NCBI RefSeq assembly: GCF_036277215.1
Contig: NZ_DASUNI010000344.1
Coordinates: 2,031-66,030 of the forward strand
Source: Microbacterium sp.
GTDB taxonomy: Bacteria; Actinomycetota; Actinomycetes; Actinomycetales; Microbacteriaceae
DNA length: 64,000 bases
Direction: 5' to 3'
Below, one piece after another: positions 49,997 to 59,120 of this stretch. Under the pieces are notes generated by a model. The model worked only from the letters and a program-made list of their open reading frames with translations. It made no database searches and had not been told where the DNA came from. The position numbers were made by a program, and so were the translations under genes. The first letter of the stretch is position 1, and each line of letters starts with the position of its first letter.

Positions 49997-52021
49997 TCAC
50001 CAGATGGTGACGCGTTTGTCCGAGTCGAGCCAGAGCTCGTCCGACTCGGTCACCTCGAACGCGTCGTAGAACGCATCAATGTTGCGCACGATCTGGTTGC
50101 AGCGGAACTCGTTGGGCGAGTGCGGGTCGATCGTCAGGAGGCGGATGGTCTCTGCATCCCGGCCCTTCTGCTGCCAGATCTGCGCCCACGACAGCAGCAG
50201 GCGCTGGATGCCGGTGTACCCGTCGATCGTCGGCCCGGGGTTCGCGCGAGGCGCGGAGTCGGTTCCCGAGCCTGCCGAAGGACCGTCGAGCGACAGCTCG
50301 TAGGCCTTGATCGCGATGCCGAGCCCGCCCAGGTCGCCGATGTTCTCGCCGATGGTGAGCGCGCCGTTCACGAAGTGCTCCTCGGGCAGCCCGCGCGGGG
50401 TGAGGGCGTTGAACTGCTCGATGAGCACGCTCGTGCGCTGCTCGAACGCGGTCCGGTCGGCATCCGTCCACCAGTCGCGCAGCGACCCGTCGCCGTCGAA
50501 CCGGCTGCCCTGGTCGTCGAAGCCGTGGCCGATCTCGTGGCCGATCACCGCGCCGATACCGCCGTAGTTCGCGGCGGCGTCGCGATCCGCTTCGAAGAAC
50601 GGATACTGCAGGATCGCGGCGGGGAAGACGATCTCGTTCATCAGCGGGTTGTAGTACGCGTTCACGGTCTGGGGCGTCATGTACCACTCGTCGCGGTCGA
50701 CGGGCTGGCCGATGCGACCCAGCTGGCGATCGTGCTCGTGGATGTGCGCGCGCCGCACGTTGCCGACGAGGTCGAGGGCGTCGATCTCGAGCGCGGAGTA
50801 ATCGCGCCACTTGACGGGGTAGCCGATCTTCGGCGTGAAGGCGTCGAGCTTGGCGAGGGCGCGCTCGCGCGTCTCGGGGCTCATCCACTCGAGACTCGTG
50901 ATGCTCCGCCGGTATGCCTCGATCAGGTTCGCGACGAGTTCGTCCATGGCGGACTTCGCCGCCGGCGGGAAGTGCCGCTCGACGTACACGCGGCCGATCG
51001 CCTCGCCCATCGCCGCCTCGGCGAGCCCCACGCCCCGCTTCCACCGCTCGCGGTTGACCGGGACGCCGGTCAGCTGCGTGCCGTAGAAGGCGAAGTTCTC
51101 GTCGACGAAGGGGTCCGACAGGAACGCGGCCGCGCCGTGCACGATCCGGAAGCGCACCCACGCCTTCCAGTCGTCGAGCCGGTCCTCGACCAGGAGCGAT
51201 CCAAGCCCCTCGAGGAAGCTCGGCTGGTAGACGTTCGCCTCCGCGAAGGCGTCCTCGCGTCCCGGTGCGGTGCCTTCGAGCCACGGATGCAGGTCGATGC
51301 CGGCGAGCTCGGTGACCTGCTCCCACGTCATGAGGTTGTAGGTGGCGACCGCATCGCGGCTGCGGACGTTGTCCCAGTGGTGCGTGGCGAGCTCGGTCTC
51401 CAGCGCGAAGATCTGATCAGCGGATGCCGCGGGATCCTGCACTCCGGCCAGCTCCAGCATCCTCTGGATGTGGCCGCGGTAGGTCGTGCGCAGGTCGGCG
51501 AAGTTGTCGAGCCGGTAGTAGCTCTCGTCGGGCAGCGACAGACCGCCCTGCACCAGGAAGGGCACGTAGCGCTGCGGGTTGCCCGGGTCGGGCTCGACGT
51601 ACAGGCCGATCAGACCGCCGATGCCGTCGCGCTCGAGCTCTCCGAGCGTGCGCAGCAGCGCGGGCACGGACGAGATGGCGTCGACCCGCGCCAGCTGGTC
51701 GAACAGCGGACTGGCGCCGAGCTCGGCGATGCGACCGGTGTCCATGAAGCTCGTGTACAGGTCGCCGATCTTGCGGGACTCGGTGCCGGGCTCGGCCACC
51801 TGCGTCTCCTCGACGATCGCGTGCACATCCTTCTCGGCCTGCTCGGCGATGAGGTGGAAGGAGCCCCAGCGGGCCTTGTCGTCGGGGATCTCGGTTCGCT
51901 CGAGCCAGGCGCCGTTCACGTGGCGGAAGAGGTCGTCCTGGGGGCGGATCTCAGCACTGAGCTCGTCGAGCGCGAGACCGGATCGGGAATCGGTCATGCG
52001 TACAGGATAAGCGTCGAACAT
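49997..52021 (-). CDS. M13 family zinc metallopeptidase (PepO/neprilysin-like)
   Basis: HEIGHGFD zinc motif, NAYY, and GENIGDLGG. 674 aa. An alternative start at 51997 is possible. Confidence 0.9.
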   Translation of the reverse strand: MFDAYPVRMTDSRSGLALDELSAEIRPQDDLFRHVNGAWLERTEIPDDKARWGSFHLIAEQAEKDVHAIVEETQVAEPGTESRKIGDLYTSFMDTGRIAELGASPLFDQLARVDAISSVPALLRTLGELERDGIGGLIGLYVEPDPGNPQRYVPFLVQGGLSLPDESYYRLDNFADLRTTYRGHIQRMLELAGVQDPAASADQIFALETELATHHWDNVRSRDAVATYNLMTWEQVTELAGIDLHPWLEGTAPGREDAFAEANVYQPSFLEGLGSLLVEDRLDDWKAWVRFRIVHGAAAFLSDPFVDENFAFYGTQLTGVPVNRERWKRGVGLAEAAMGEAIGRVYVERHFPPAAKSAMDELVANLIEAYRRSITSLEWMSPETRERALAKLDAFTPKIGYPVKWRDYSALEIDALDLVGNVRRAHIHEHDRQLGRIGQPVDRDEWYMTPQTVNAYYNPLMNEIVFPAAILQYPFFEADRDAAANYGGIGAVIGHEIGHGFDDQGSRFDGDGSLRDWWTDADRTAFEQRTSVLIEQFNALTPRGLPEEHFVNGALTIGENIGDLGGLGIAIKAYELSLDGPSAGSGTDSAPRANPGPTIDGYTGIQRLLLSWAQIWQQKGRDAETIRLLTIDPHSPNEFRCNQIVRNIDAFYDAFEVTESDELWLDSDKRVTIW

Positions 52022-52112
52022 GAGCGGCTCGCACGTCCCCGCGAGTCAGCCGGGGCCGTCGCGCAGGGCATCGTCGGCGCACGCCATGAGTCCCCGACTC
52101 TAAGCTCGACAG

Positions 52113-53432
52113 GTGCCCCGCGACACGCTCAACCGCGACATCCTGCGGCTCGCCGTACCCGCACTCGGGTCGCTGGTCGCCGAGCCGCTCTTCCTCATCG
52201 TGGACTCGGCGCTCGTCGGACACCTCGGCGTCGTCCCGCTCGCCGGGCTCGGCATCGCCTCCGCCGTACTGCAGACGATCGTCGGCCTCATGGTCTTCCT
52301 CGCGTACGCGACCACCCCCGCCGTCGCGCGCCGGTTCGGCGCCGGCGACCCGACGCGGGCGGTGTCGGTGGGCATCGACGGCATGTGGCTCGCGCTCGGC
52401 ATGGGTGCGGTGCTGGCGTTGGTCGGCTACCTCGCGACTCCTCTCCTGGTGGGGTTCTTCGGCGCGAGCCCGGAGGTCGCCCGCCAGGCGGAGATCTACC
52501 TCGGGCTCTCGATGTGGGGCCTTCCCGCGATGCTGATCGTGTTCGCGGCGACCGGGCTCCTGCGCGGCATGCAGGACACCGTGACGCCCCTGTGGATCGC
52601 CGGCCTCGGCTTCGGCGCGAACGCGCTGCTGAACTGGGCCTTCATCTACGGCTTCGGCTGGGGAATCGCCGGGTCGGCCCTGGGCACCGTGCTCGCGCAG
52701 TGGGGCATGGTCGCGGCGTACGTCGTCGTGATCGGCCGGCTCGCGCGCCGGCACGAGGCATCCGTCCGTCCGCACCGCGAGGGTGTGCGCGGGTCGGCCC
52801 GCTCGGGCGGCTGGCTGTTCTTGCGCACGCTGACGCTGCGGATGGCCCTGCTCGCAACCGTGGTGGTCGCGACGGGGCTCGGCACCGAGGAGCTCGCCGG
52901 GTGGCAGGTCGCGTTCACGATCTTCTCCACCGCGGCGTTCGCTCTCGATGCCCTCGCGATCGCGGCGCAGGCGCTGATCGGCAAGGGGCTCGGCGCGGGA
53001 GACACGCGCGAAGTGCAGCGCACGCTCGGCCGCACGGTGGCGTGGGGCGCCTGGTTCGGGGTCGTCGTCGGTGCGGTGATCGGCGCGCTCTCCGGCGTGA
53101 TCGGACTCCTGTTCACCGGGGATGCCGGTCTCGCCGCGCTGGTCCAGCCGGCGCTGATCGTGCTCGCCGTGGCGCAGCCGGTGTGCGGGATCGTCTTCGT
53201 GCTCGACGGGGTTCTGATCGGTGCCGGAGACGCGAAGTACCTCGCGCTCGCGGGTGTGCTCAACCTCGTGCCGTTCGTGCCCGCGCTGATTCTGCTCGCG
53301 GTTCTCGGCATCGGAGGTGCGGCCGGTCTCGCCTGGCTCTCGGTCGCGTTCTTCGGCGTCTACATGCTGGCTCGGCTCGCGACGCTGGGCTGGCGCGTCC
53401 GCGGCGCGGCGTGGATGGTCGCGGGCGCCTGA
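52113..53432 (+). CDS. MATE family efflux transporter (DinF-like)
   Basis: 12-TM profile with N-terminus ILRLAVPALGSLVAEPLFLIVDSALVGHLG. Confidence 0.85.
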   Translation: MPRDTLNRDILRLAVPALGSLVAEPLFLIVDSALVGHLGVVPLAGLGIASAVLQTIVGLMVFLAYATTPAVARRFGAGDPTRAVSVGIDGMWLALGMGAVLALVGYLATPLLVGFFGASPEVARQAEIYLGLSMWGLPAMLIVFAATGLLRGMQDTVTPLWIAGLGFGANALLNWAFIYGFGWGIAGSALGTVLAQWGMVAAYVVVIGRLARRHEASVRPHREGVRGSARSGGWLFLRTLTLRMALLATVVVATGLGTEELAGWQVAFTIFSTAAFALDALAIAAQALIGKGLGAGDTREVQRTLGRTVAWGAWFGVVVGAVIGALSGVIGLLFTGDAGLAALVQPALIVLAVAQPVCGIVFVLDGVLIGAGDAKYLALAGVLNLVPFVPALILLAVLGIGGAAGLAWLSVAFFGVYMLARLATLGWRVRGAAWMVAGA

Positions 53433-53469
53433 GGGGCGGCATCCGCTGGTCTGTCGGAAGGGCCGCGGG

Positions 53470-54132
53470 TCAAGGGGGCGGCGCCGCCCAGCGGCGGCAC
53501 CACTCGTACATCACGACCGCGGCGGCCGCCGAGGCGTTGATCGAGCGCGTCGACCCGTACTGGGTGATCTCGACCGTCTCGGATGCCGCGGCCAGCGCCT
53601 CCTCGGACAGCCCGGGACCCTCCTGCCCGAACAGCAGCACGCACCGCTGCGGAAGATCCGTGCGATCGACGGGCAGCGCCCCGGGCAGGTTGTCGATCGC
53701 GATTATCGGTAGCGATGCGGCATCAGCCCACGCGGCGAAGGCTGCGACATCCTCGTGGTGCCGCACGTGCTGGTAGCGGTCGGTGACCATCGCGCCGCGA
53801 CGGTTCCAGCGGCGGCGCCCGACGATGTGCACCTCGGCGGCCAGGAACGCGTTGGCGCTGCGCACGATCGAACCGATGTTCATGTCGTGCTGCCAGTTCT
53901 CGATGGCGACATGAAACGGATGGCGCCGCTCATCCAGGTCTGCGACGATCGCGTCCATGCGCCAGTAGCGGTACGCATCCACGACGTTGCGCCGATCGCC
54001 GCGGGCGAGCAGTTCCGGATCGAGCCGCGAGTCGTCCGGCCATGCCGCCTCACCGCCGGGCCACGGCCCTACCCCGTCCGAGAGCTCCGGCTCCGCCGGG
54101 TCGGGCGCATCGGCGGGAGTCTCGGCGGTCAC
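53470..54132 (-). CDS. TrmH/SpoU family RNA 2'-O-methyltransferase
   Basis: NIGSIVRSANAF, LLFGQEGPGLS and SINASAAAAVVMYE motifs. Confidence 0.8.
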   Translation of the reverse strand: MTAETPADAPDPAEPELSDGVGPWPGGEAAWPDDSRLDPELLARGDRRNVVDAYRYWRMDAIVADLDERRHPFHVAIENWQHDMNIGSIVRSANAFLAAEVHIVGRRRWNRRGAMVTDRYQHVRHHEDVAAFAAWADAASLPIIAIDNLPGALPVDRTDLPQRCVLLFGQEGPGLSEEALAAASETVEITQYGSTRSINASAAAAVVMYEWCRRWAAPPP

Positions 54133-54280
54133 CGGCTCAGGCTACCCGGCCGAAGAGCGACGCATTCCGGCATCCGCTGCACGTGGCCGCATCTGCCACA
54201 CGATCCTGCGCCTGCGGCAAAGGTATGTGGAGCGGATGCAGGTTTCCATAGCCACCGTCCCGGCGACGCGCTCACCCCAT

Positions 54281-54325
54281 ATTTCGGTCCACCGAAATAC
54301 GGGGTAGAGTTTCGGTGTGCCGAAA
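54281..54325 (+). promoter_or_regulatory. Tandem palindromes TTTCGG-N4-CCGAAA (x2) overlapping a predicted mntH promoter and start codon
   Basis: ATTTCGGTCCACCGAAAT at 54281-54298 and TTTCGGTGTGCCGAAA at 54310-54325. A candidate -10 TAGAGT (54305-54310) lies 6 nt before the GTG at 54317, so the transcript may be leaderless. Confidence 0.55.
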
Positions 54326-55702
54326 GCAGCTGTCGACGTCGACCTCACCCCGAGAGGTCCGAGCGCGCGCCGCGCGCCACGCTCGACGGCGCGCCTCGCC
54401 TGGCTGATCGGTCCCGCGCTGGTTGCCGGCGTCGCGTACCTCGATCCCGGCAACGTCGCGAGCAACATGACCGCGGGCGCCCGCTACGGCTACCTGCTGG
54501 TCTGGGTGGTCGTGCTCGGCAACATCATGGCGTGGCTCATCCAATACCTCTCGGCAAAGCTCGGCATCGTCACCGGCCGCAGCCTGCCCGAGACCCTTGG
54601 TCGCCGCATCCGCAACCCGTGGGCCCGGCGCGCGTACTGGCTCCAGGCCGAGCTCGTCGCGATGGCGACCGACATCGCCGAGGTGATCGGCGGCGCGGTC
54701 GCGCTCAATCTGCTCTTCAACATCCCGCTGGTGTGGGGCGGGGTGATCACGGGAACGGTCTCGCTCATCCTGCTCGTGGTCCAGACGCGGCGCGGACCCC
54801 GCACGTTCGAGTTCGTCGTCATCGGGCTCGTCGCGATCATCGCGATCGGCTTCACCTTCGGCGTCTTCATCGCGCCGCCGGATGCCGGTGCGGTCGCCGC
54901 CGGCCTGGTCCCGCGCTTCGAGGGCACCGGATCCGTCCTGCTGGCGGCATCCATCCTCGGCGCGACGATCATGCCGCACGCCATCTACGCCCACAGCGCC
55001 CTGGCCCGGGACCGCTTCGCGCCCATCGCGGCCGGTCGCCCCGAGGTGTTCCAGTCGACGTCCGAGACCGCAGACGAACCAGCCGCATCAGACCAGGCCG
55101 ACCAGAACATGCGCTCGAACGGCCGCCTGCAGCAGCAGCGCGGCATCTCGACCGTGCGTCTGCTGCGCGCCACCAAGTGGGACGTCTCCATCGCGATGCT
55201 CATCGCCGGCACCGTCAACCTCTGCATCCTGCTGCTCGCCGCGGCCAACCTCGCCGGCGTGGAGGGCACCGACACGCTGGAGGGCGCCTACGCCGCGCTC
55301 CGCGACGGCATCGGGCCGGTGGTCGCGACGCTCTTCGCGGTCGGGCTGCTCGCCAGCGGCCTCGCCTCCACCTCGGTCGGCGCGTACGCGGGCGCAGAGA
55401 TCATGCACGGCCTCCTGCACGTGCGCATCCCGCTCGTCACCCGGCGACTGGTCACGCTCATCCCCGCGCTCGCGATCCTCGCGATCGGCGTCGACCCGAC
55501 CCTGGCTCTCGTGCTCAGCCAGGTCGTGCTGTCGTTCGGCATCCCGTTCGCGCTGATCCCGCTCGTCGTGCTCACCGCGCAGCAGCGCACGCTGGGCGAG
55601 TTCCGCAACCGTGTGCTGACGACGGCGGCCGGGGTCGCGGCATCCGTCTTCCTCATCACGCTGAACGGCGTGCTGCTCTGGCTCGTGCTCACAGGGTCGT
55701 GA
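54317..55702 (+). CDS. mntH: Nramp family divalent metal (Mn2+/Fe2+) transporter
   Basis: GPALVAGVAYLDPGNVASN and ATIMPHAIYAHS motifs of Nramp/MntH. Confidence 0.9.
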   Translation: MPKAAVDVDLTPRGPSARRAPRSTARLAWLIGPALVAGVAYLDPGNVASNMTAGARYGYLLVWVVVLGNIMAWLIQYLSAKLGIVTGRSLPETLGRRIRNPWARRAYWLQAELVAMATDIAEVIGGAVALNLLFNIPLVWGGVITGTVSLILLVVQTRRGPRTFEFVVIGLVAIIAIGFTFGVFIAPPDAGAVAAGLVPRFEGTGSVLLAASILGATIMPHAIYAHSALARDRFAPIAAGRPEVFQSTSETADEPAASDQADQNMRSNGRLQQQRGISTVRLLRATKWDVSIAMLIAGTVNLCILLLAAANLAGVEGTDTLEGAYAALRDGIGPVVATLFAVGLLASGLASTSVGAYAGAEIMHGLLHVRIPLVTRRLVTLIPALAILAIGVDPTLALVLSQVVLSFGIPFALIPLVVLTAQQRTLGEFRNRVLTTAAGVAASVFLITLNGVLLWLVLTGS

Positions 55703-55725
55703 GCACGGGCCGGTAGCCTGGGCGC

Positions 55726-56361
55726 GTGGCCTCCCCCGCCGTCGACGACTACCTCAAGACGATCTACCACCACACCGAGTGGCAGAGCGAGCGCATCACG
55801 CCGTCGCAGCTGGCCGCGGAGCTCGGCCTCGCCCCCTCGAGCGTGACCGAGATGGTGCAGAAGCTGGCGGCGCAGGGCCTGGTGACCCACCGGCCGTACG
55901 GTCCTATCTCGCTCAGCGCCGAAGGCGAGCACCGCGCGGCATCCATCATCCGCCGTCACCGGCTCATCGAGACATGGCTCGTCAGCGAGTTCGGCTACGC
56001 CTGGGACGAGGTGCACGACGAGGCCGAGGTGCTCGAGCACGCCGTCAGCGACCGGCTGCTGGAGGGAATCGACGAGCGGCTCGGCCGGCCCCGGTTCGAT
56101 CCCCACGGCGATGCGATTCCGGATGCCGCCGGCGACGTGCACCGCGAAGCGTTCGTGCTCCTCGCGGCGGCGGTCCCCGGTCACTCCGGACGCGTGCTGC
56201 GGGTGAGCGACCGGGATCCCGAGCTGCTCCGCGCCGTCGAAGCGGCCGGGGTCGCCGTCGGCGCCGAGGTGACCGTGACGGATGCCGCCACCCTCGTCGT
56301 AGCGGGCGCCGACGTCGCGCTGCCTCCCGCCGCGGCGGACGCCGTGTGGCTCAGCGCCTGA
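55726..56361 (+). CDS. DtxR/MntR family metal-dependent transcriptional regulator
   Basis: VDDYLKTIY...PSSVTEMVQKL...RRHRLIETWL..., followed by the metal-site region HDEAEVLEH. Confidence 0.85.
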   Translation: MASPAVDDYLKTIYHHTEWQSERITPSQLAAELGLAPSSVTEMVQKLAAQGLVTHRPYGPISLSAEGEHRAASIIRRHRLIETWLVSEFGYAWDEVHDEAEVLEHAVSDRLLEGIDERLGRPRFDPHGDAIPDAAGDVHREAFVLLAAAVPGHSGRVLRVSDRDPELLRAVEAAGVAVGAEVTVTDAATLVVAGADVALPPAAADAVWLSA

Positions 56362-56376
56362 GCGCGGGCGCCGACC

Positions 56377-57345
56377 TCAGCGTCCGGGAACCCGCGGGCG
56401 GGCGGCCTTCGCGAAGGGCCACCGCACCCCCGTCGCCTCTTCGCATACGCCCCACAGGCGCGCTCCGATATCCGGGTCGCGAGTGATCGCGAAAGCCGTC
56501 CGCTGACGCGGCTCTCCGCGCACCGCGAACCTCGGTCCCCAGAACTGGCCGCCCTCGACGCCCGGGTCCACGAGGGCACGCACCAGCGGCCAGGCACCGT
56601 GCTCCTTGGACTGCGTGATCGCGAACTGCAGGTTGTCGGCGAAACGGCCGAGCCGCGATGGCTCGTTCACACCGCGGATGCCGGGGGTGCGACCACTCGT
56701 GGAGTACCCCGGGTGCACGACCACGCTGGACACCGGCACCCCCGCCGCGCGCAGTCGCCGGTCGGCCTCTATTCCCAGCGCTGCGGTGGCCACCTTGGAC
56801 TGCACGTACGCGCGCCACGCGGTGTACCCCTCCGCCAGCTGCGGGTCGACCGGGTCGTACTTCCACATCGCCGTCGACATGCTGCCGACCCAGACCATGC
56901 GGCCGGATGCCTCGGCCAGGGCCGAGAGCAGCTCGCCGGCGAGCGCGAAGTGTCCGAGCACGTTGGTGGCGAGCACGACCTCGTGGCCGTCGGCGGTGGT
57001 CTGCCGATCCTTCGGAGGATGAACGATCCCGGCGTTCAGAAGCAGCCCGTCCAGCGCCCCGCGGGCGCCGATCGTCGCAGCAGCGGCACGCACCGACCCG
57101 AGGTTGCTCGTATCGAGCAGGAGCGTCTCGACTCGGTCGCCGGCATCAGGCACCCGTCGCTGCACGGCGGCGCGAGCGGTCATCAGCCGGTTCGGGCTGC
57201 GACCGGTCATGAACACGCGGGCGCCCGCGCGTACGAGCTGTTCACTCGAGAAGAAGCCGAGGCCCGCGTTGGCTCCGGTCACGAGGTAGCAGCGACCGGT
57301 CAGGTCGGGGAGTCGTTCCGGGTCCCACGCCTGTGTTCGCGCCAC
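56377..57345 (-). CDS. Short-chain dehydrogenase/reductase (SDR)
   Basis: VTGANAGLG cofactor motif and YVQSK catalytic motif. GTG at 57345 is the first usable start clear of the divergent gene. Confidence 0.8.
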   Translation of the reverse strand: MARTQAWDPERLPDLTGRCYLVTGANAGLGFFSSEQLVRAGARVFMTGRSPNRLMTARAAVQRRVPDAGDRVETLLLDTSNLGSVRAAAATIGARGALDGLLLNAGIVHPPKDRQTTADGHEVVLATNVLGHFALAGELLSALAEASGRMVWVGSMSTAMWKYDPVDPQLAEGYTAWRAYVQSKVATAALGIEADRRLRAAGVPVSSVVVHPGYSTSGRTPGIRGVNEPSRLGRFADNLQFAITQSKEHGAWPLVRALVDPGVEGGQFWGPRFAVRGEPRQRTAFAITRDPDIGARLWGVCEEATGVRWPFAKAARPRVPGR

Positions 57346-57444
57346 GCGTTCGACCCTACGGGGTTTGCCGACGCATGTCGGCGCCGCGCGGGCGGAGCCG
57401 GTGGTCAGCCTTCCAGAGTCGCACCCGCCGGATAGGCTGGGAGC

Positions 57445-58260
57445 ATGCGGACCCGAGCCGACATCGAATGCTGGCTGACCGACATGGACGGCGTTCTGGT
57501 CCACGAGAACACCCCGGTGCCTGGTGCGTCAGAGCTGCTGCAGCAGTGGCGCGACACCGGCACACCGTTCCTGGTGCTGACGAACAACTCGATCTTCACG
57601 CCGCGAGACCTGAGCGCGCGGCTCCGCGCCTCCGGGCTCTTCGTGCCCGAGGCATCCATCTGGACGTCGGCGCTGGCGACCGCGGACTTCCTGCACAGCC
57701 AGGCTCCGGGCGCGAGTGCGTTCGTGATCGGCGAGGCCGGGCTCACGACGGCGCTGCACGAGGCCGGCTTCACCATGACCGAGACCGATCCCGACTACGT
57801 CGTCGTCGGCGAGACCCGCAACTACTCGTTCGAGGCCATCACGAAGGCGATCCGCTTCATCGCCGCCGGCGCGCGCTTCATCGCGACGAACCCCGACGCG
57901 ACCGGGCCGTCGGTGGACGGCGTGCTGCCCGCGACGGGTGCGATCACGGCGCTCATCACCAAGGCCATCGGCAAGGAGCCGTACATCGTCGGCAAGCCGA
58001 ACCCGATGATGTTCCGGTCGGCGCTGAACCGCATCGGCGCGCACTCCGAGAACACGGGCATGATCGGCGACCGCATGGACACCGACATCGTCGCAGGCAT
58101 CGAGGCCGGCCTGCACACCGTGCTGGTGCTCACCGGCATCAGCGATGCCGCCGAGATCGAGCGGTATCCGTTCCGACCCGACGAGGTGCTGCACTCGGTC
58201 GCCGACCTGCTCTGGGACGAGCCGTTCGAGACGGACCTGCCTGGATCGGATGTGCTGTGA
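57445..58260 (+). CDS. HAD-IIA family hydrolase (NagD-like sugar-phosphate phosphatase)
   Basis: DMDGVL motif I, LTNNS motif II, and GKP...MIGDRMDTDI motifs III/IV. Confidence 0.85.
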   Translation: MRTRADIECWLTDMDGVLVHENTPVPGASELLQQWRDTGTPFLVLTNNSIFTPRDLSARLRASGLFVPEASIWTSALATADFLHSQAPGASAFVIGEAGLTTALHEAGFTMTETDPDYVVVGETRNYSFEAITKAIRFIAAGARFIATNPDATGPSVDGVLPATGAITALITKAIGKEPYIVGKPNPMMFRSALNRIGAHSENTGMIGDRMDTDIVAGIEAGLHTVLVLTGISDAAEIERYPFRPDEVLHSVADLLWDEPFETDLPGSDVL

Positions 58261-58270
58261 GGCTGCGCTG

Positions 58271-58843
58271 ATGGGAGCCCTCGACGACGGCGAGCGCGTT
58301 ACGGCAGCGAATGCCACGGCCTGGCGCTCCTGGCTGGAGGAGAACCACAGCACCTCGAAGGGAGCGTGGCTCGTGCGGGCGCGCCCGGGATCGGGCGTGG
58401 AGGTCGTCGGGTACGAAGACGCGATCCTGCAGGCGCTGTGCTTCGGGTGGGTAGACGGACCGGTGCGCTCGTTCGACGAGCGGATCGGCGGACTGTGGTT
58501 CGCGCCGCGCCGCCCGTCCAGCGCGTGGGCCGCGACGAACAAAGCCCGCGTGATCCTGCTGGAGGAGCTCGGGCTCATGACAGAGCCTGGCCGGCGGGCG
58601 ATCGAGGTCGCGAAGGCGAACGGCGCCTGGACCGTGCTCGACAATGCCGAGGCGCTGCGCGAACCGGACGACCTCGCCGCCGCCCTGGACGCGTCGCCGG
58701 TCGCCCGGGCCGGGTGGGATGCGTTTCCACCCTCCGCCCGCAAGATGGGCATCGCCGCGGTGGATTCCGCCCGCCGCCCCGAAACGCGCGCCGCACGCAT
58801 CGCGAAGGTCGTCGCCGACTCAGCCGAAGGGAAGCGTCCGTGA
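58271..58843 (+). CDS. YdeI/OmpD-associated family protein
   Basis: WR.WLEENH....GAWL and the C-terminal RPETRA.RI pattern typical of the family. ATG at 58271. Confidence 0.7.
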   Translation: MGALDDGERVTAANATAWRSWLEENHSTSKGAWLVRARPGSGVEVVGYEDAILQALCFGWVDGPVRSFDERIGGLWFAPRRPSSAWAATNKARVILLEELGLMTEPGRRAIEVAKANGAWTVLDNAEALREPDDLAAALDASPVARAGWDAFPPSARKMGIAAVDSARRPETRAARIAKVVADSAEGKRP

Positions 58844-58947
58844 GCGAGTTCGAGCAGAACCTCCTGTTCGCCGCGACTGCCATCGTCCTGGTGGGCACGC
58901 TGATCGTGTTCGTGTGGCAGTACTTCCGCAGCAACCGCAAGGACTGA
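58840..58947 (+). CDS. Candidate 35-aa single-pass membrane peptide
   Basis: The GTG overlaps the upstream TGA (GTGA), with GAAGGGA 7 nt upstream. One hydrophobic helix LLFAATAIVLVGTLIVFVWQYF. No family recognised. Confidence 0.3.
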   Translation: MSEFEQNLLFAATAIVLVGTLIVFVWQYFRSNRKD

Positions 58948-59028
58948 GCCGGGCCGCGCGGTCGCGGCATCCGTACCCCGCCGTGGCGCGAGCACGGCGA
59001 GACGAAAGGCCCGCGGTCCGCGGCAACG

Positions 59029-59112
59029 CGTTTCGTCTCCTCGCTGCGCTCGTCGCTCAACGACCGGCGCGCGCGGCACCCGGTCGTTGAGCGAGCGCAG
59101 CGAGACGAAACG
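59029..59112. repeat. Long imperfect palindromic element (CGTTTCGTCTC...CAACGACCGG / CCGGTCGTTG...GAGACGAAACG)
   Basis: Read directly between convergent genes. A third GAGACGAAA copy lies at about 58999-59007. May act as a bidirectional terminator. Confidence 0.5.
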
Positions 59113-59120
59113 CCCGCCGA

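Noticed and set aside
49904-53776. 1290-aa plus-strand ORF
   Set aside because: It runs antisense to the M13 peptidase (which has the HEIGHGFD motif) and out of frame across the MATE gene. The sequence is low-complexity and Arg-rich. It is an artefact of GC-rich DNA lacking stop codons.
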